Shown one piece after another: positions 34,715 to 36,815 of a stretch of DNA of 36,815 nucleotides. Made by a program: the position numbers and the translations under genes. The DNA lies in the NCBI RefSeq assembly GCF_001194135.2, contig NC_068984.1, positions 96,133,619 through 96,170,433 of the forward strand, read 5' to 3'. The notes below the pieces were generated by a model, which saw only the letters and a program-made list of their open reading frames with translations, was not told the DNA's origin and ran no database searches. Source of the stretch: Octopus bimaculoides (taxonomy: Eukaryota). The number at the start of each line of letters is the position of its first letter. Position 1 is the first letter of the stretch.

Positions 34715-34930
34715 ACAAGGTGGCGGTTATCATGGATGGATCTGCTTGGAATGGCACATATTTGTGCATCATCAATCAGCTCCTTGACGACAAGCGGCAA
34801 CCTCTTTGTTAACACCTTGTCCAAAATTTTGAAACCTGCGCTCTGCAGCGTTTTCTATTTGACCCCCCTTGTTTGGACCCTTTCGCAGCAGCGCCACTAC
34901 TCTGACGATTTTACCAGCTCTTCACCTTAG
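34715..34930 (-). mobile_element. L1/Tx1-like RT fragment
   Basis: Minus strand ..VVALL..KGPNKG..FKILDKVLTKRLPLVVKELIDDAQICAIPSRSIHDNRHLVRYMI, matching the L1/Tx1 RT N-terminal motifs. Confidence 0.75.
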
Positions 34931-34940
34931 TGTAACATGA

Positions 34941-35026
<86 letters not shown>

Positions 35027-35028
<2 letters not shown>

Positions 35029-35198
35029 TAGTTTTATTTTTATAACGTGCTTTCACTTCACTACCGAGCGCAGCTCTGTGCGCCTTGGGTATGTGCTGTG
35101 GTTTGCTCTGGTACTCTTATGGTTGCTGTATTGAAAGTGTTTTGCGTAGGATGTGTGCAGTGCCCAGTAGTGCAATTTTCTGTATGTTATATATTTCT
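35027..35198 (-). mobile_element. 3' end of R4/Dong family D with (TAA)n tail at 34938-35026
   Basis: EIYNIQKIALLGTAHILRKTLSIQ plus UTR. Reverse complement of 35903-36078 at roughly 93% identity by hand count. Runs into an N gap. Confidence 0.88.
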
Positions 35199-35601
35199 NN
35201 NNNNNNNNNNNNNNNNNNNNNNNNNNNNNNNNNNNNNNNNNNNNNNNNNNNNNNNNNNNNNNNNNNNNNNNNNNNNNNNNNNNNNNNNNNNNNNNNNNNN
35301 NNNNNNNNNNNNNNNNNNNNNNNNNNNNNNNNNNNNNNNNNNNNNNNNNNNNNNNNNNNNNNNNNNNNNNNNNNNNNNNNNNNNNNNNNNNNNNNNNNNN
35401 NNNNNNNNNNNNNNNNNNNNNNNNNNNNNNNNNNNNNNNNNNNNNNNNNNNNNNNNNNNNNNNNNNNNNNNNNNNNNNNNNNNNNNNNNNNNNNNNNNNN
35501 NNNNNNNNNNNNNNNNNNNNNNNNNNNNNNNNNNNNNNNNNNNNNNNNNNNNNNNNNNNNNNNNNNNNNNNNNNNNNNNNNNNNNNNNNNNNNNNNNNNN
35601 N

Positions 35602-35663
<62 letters not shown>

Positions 35664-35699
35664 AATAATAATAATAGTAATAATGATAATAATAATAAT

Positions 35700-36178
<479 letters not shown>

Positions 36179-36184
36179 GTAAAA

Positions 36185-36815
36185 TAAGATATTAAAACAA
36201 GAAGACAAACGTAACATCGCCGCCAAAAACGACGTAAACAAAAAACCTGGGAATAACGAAGAGAAACCTAATGATCATGATATTAGGAAAATGAGAATAA
36301 TCAAAGAACTGAAAACCACAGATCTTAGAATGGACCACAGATTATATCTCCCAAAAATCAAAATAGACAATAAAACAACATCAATAATAAATAGCATAAA
36401 CCTGGACGTCACGGAACTAACAGCCACAGAAACAACTGGCAATATCACTGAGCTAAATGACATAATATATGCGGCAGCCAAAATAAAAAAGAAGAGAAAA
36501 GATCTATCGATTCTCAACGAAATTAGTAGACAATCAACACAACTAAGTAATAAGAAGAAAACAAAAATACTGTACAAATACAACATTACAGAAAAAGATT
36601 TACCTGAGGCAAAAGAAAAGCTAAAGTAAGATACTCTTGCCAAAGCACAAAGGATCCGCCGGTATGAGAAACGCCAACGTTTCTTTGAACAAAACAAACA
36701 GTTCAAATCCAACCCCCAAAAAGTCTACCAAGAACTGGGTAAAAATAAAATAGACATTACTGCAGCACCAACAGCAGAAGAAGTGGAAGAATTTTGGAAA
36801 GAAATATGGTCGGTG
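36185..36815 (+). mobile_element. Pre-RT N-terminal region of another R4/Dong-clade ORF, continuing beyond the window
   Basis: ITELNDIIYAAA..KILYKYNI..EAKEKLK*DTLAKAQRIRRYEKRQRFFEQNKQFKSNPQKVYQELG..PTAEEVEEFWKEIWS matches the region preceding the RT in R4-clade ORFs. One in-frame stop. Confidence 0.82.

Noticed and set aside
34565-34930. 121-aa plus-strand ORF, and 27384-27914 plus-strand 176-aa ORF
   Set aside because: Antisense shadows of minus-strand LINE coding remnants.

Overview
AT-rich, microsatellite-dense eukaryotic (animal) DNA with many N gaps. The SINE, LINE and microsatellite mix suggests an octopus or other cephalopod draft assembly; this is inference from remembered repeat patterns, with no database search. 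No intact host gene is recognisable, and most ORFs in the track are translations of microsatellites or gaps. The window is a transposon graveyard: at least 8 fragments of R4/Dong-clade REL-endonuclease LINEs, mostly embedded in (TAA)n runs; two L1/Tx1-like fragments; one very degenerate RTE-like fragment; two dead mariner elements (one full length with ITRs); several tRNA-derived SINEs; a ~550-bp (TAA)n-flanked non-coding repeat in four pieces; and three Penelope-like (PLE) coding remnants. The most striking signal, absent from the ORF track, is RNA structure. Up to five unrelated repeat families carry hammerhead-ribozyme (HHR) cores, two of them only degenerate. One family has three near-intact type I HHR copies. 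Two others appear to carry a compensatory U3-A8 core instead of C3-G8. Four of the families occur as head-to-head inverted duplications (2.0, 10.9, 18.7-19.2 and 25.4-25.7 kb). All folds and alignments were done by eye, and element boundaries are approximate.
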